DNA of 41,221 bases from a virus, in the IMG/VR virus record IMGVR_UViG_3300005764_000008, positions 1 through 41,221 of that record, one strand, 5' to 3'. The position numbers and the translations under genes were made by a program. Each line of letters starts with the position of its first letter. The stretch's first letter is position 1. Positions 40,425 to 41,221 of this stretch are shown here, piece after piece. Below the pieces are notes generated by a model that worked only from the letters and a program-made list of their open reading frames with translations, had not been told where the DNA came from and did no database searches.

Positions 40425-41221
40425 GCTACGCCGCGTTCCTCGAGTCGAAGAAACGCGTCTATGCCGGCGACGGACTCCGCTCAGGCATCGTGCTGCCGCC
40501 GCAACTCTACGACTGGCAAGCGGCGATCGTGCGCTGGGCCCTGCGCAAAGGACGCTCCGCCATTTTCGCGGATTGCGGCCTCGGGAAATCGTTCATGCAG
40601 ATCGCATGGGCCGATGCGCTGCGCGTGCCGACGCTGATGCTCGCCCCGCTCTGTGTCGCCGAGCAGACGGTTGATGAAGCGCGGAAACTCGGCATCGATC
40701 TGGCCTACGCCGAAGGGCCGCATGCGATCCGCGGACGGCTCACGATTACGAATTACGAGCGGCTCGATCGCTTCGACCCATCAAAATTCGAGGCCGTTGT
40801 GCTCGACGAATCATCTATCCTGAAAGCCTTCGACGGCAAGACACGCACCGCGCTCATCAAAGCCTTCGGTGCGACACGCTATCGGCTCTGCTGCACCGCC
40901 ACACCGTCTCCAAACGACATCGCCGAACTCGCGAATCATGCCGAGTTCCTCGGGCTGATGACGCGACAGGAATTTCTCGCGACATGGTTCGTCCATGACG
41001 ACGAAGGCTGGCGCATGAAGAAACACGCGCGCGGCCCGTTCTTCCGTTGGCTGGCGTCATGGGCGATGACACTCCGCACACCATCAGACCTCGGCTACAG
41101 CGATGACGGCTATCTCCTGCCGCCGTTGAATGTCACCGATTGCGTCGTGCTGGCGTCGATGCCGCCCGAAGGCATGCTGTTCCACGACATGGCCGCGAAA
41201 GGCATTCAAGGACGGCTCGCG
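40421..41221 (+). CDS. SNF2/Rad54-like helicase, N-terminal part (runs off the window and continues at 3..1007)
   Basis: YDWQ, Walker A FADCGLGKS, motif II VVLDESSILK and motif III CCTATPSPND. There is no stop before the window end. Confidence 0.85.
   Translation, partial: MSYAAFLESKKRVYAGDGLRSGIVLPPQLYDWQAAIVRWALRKGRSAIFADCGLGKSFMQIAWADALRVPTLMLAPLCVAEQTVDEARKLGIDLAYAEGPHAIRGRLTITNYERLDRFDPSKFEAVVLDESSILKAFDGKTRTALIKAFGATRYRLCCTATPSPNDIAELANHAEFLGLMTRQEFLATWFVHDDEGWRMKKHARGPFFRWLASWAMTLRTPSDLGYSDDGYLLPPLNVTDCVVLASMPPEGMLFHDMAAKGIQGRLA
41142..41221. repeat. Terminal direct repeat, copy 2 (identical to 1..80)
   Basis: Exact 80-nt identity with the window start. Confidence 0.95.

Overview
The window appears to be a complete, circularly closed dsDNA phage genome. 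Bases 1-80 are identical to 41142-41221, giving a unit length of about 41.1 kb. By eye it is GC-rich and very tightly packed, with many ATGA/GTGA/TAATG start-stop overlaps.

There are three transcription blocks.
(1) A plus-strand replication/modification block runs from 39973 through the junction to 5998. It encodes a GGPAFP-motif protein, an SNF2-type helicase carrying a nested Endonuclease VII gene, an N4/N6 DNA methyltransferase, a Zn-ribbon ORF, a C5 cytosine methyltransferase, an SF2 DEAD-type helicase, a VRR-NUC nuclease and a VirE-like P-loop protein.
(2) A plus-strand late block runs from 6230 to 32950. It encodes the small and large terminase subunits, a portal with a Q-rich tail, a scaffold, a P22-coat-like capsid protein, an adaptor-like protein, a P22 gp10-like hub, Q/G/N-rich internal (ejection-type) proteins and tail-fibre-like proteins. 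It ends in a cluster rich in membrane proteins that is the presumptive lysis region.
(3) A minus-strand early block runs from 39753 down to 33044. It encodes small proteins, a FEN-type 5'-3' exonuclease fused to a RecT-like domain, a DnaQ-like 3'-5' exonuclease and a 522-aa protein built around about 45 tandem tetrapeptide (x-x-A-T) repeats.

I saw no tape measure, sheath or tube genes, which suggests a short-tailed virion. I also found no integrase, repressor, DNA polymerase, primase domain, tRNA, CRISPR array or reverse transcriptase.

The most unusual items are:
- the tetrapeptide-repeat early protein;
- the out-of-frame homing-endonuclease gene nested in the helicase linker, with the host frame left open;
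- the exonuclease-annealase fusion;
- a cassette of signal-peptide proteins inside the tail module;
- a lysis region with no recognisable endolysin;
- an iteron plus (TA)7 origin-like region.

All functional calls rest on motifs read by eye and on gene order. Start codons are judgement calls.
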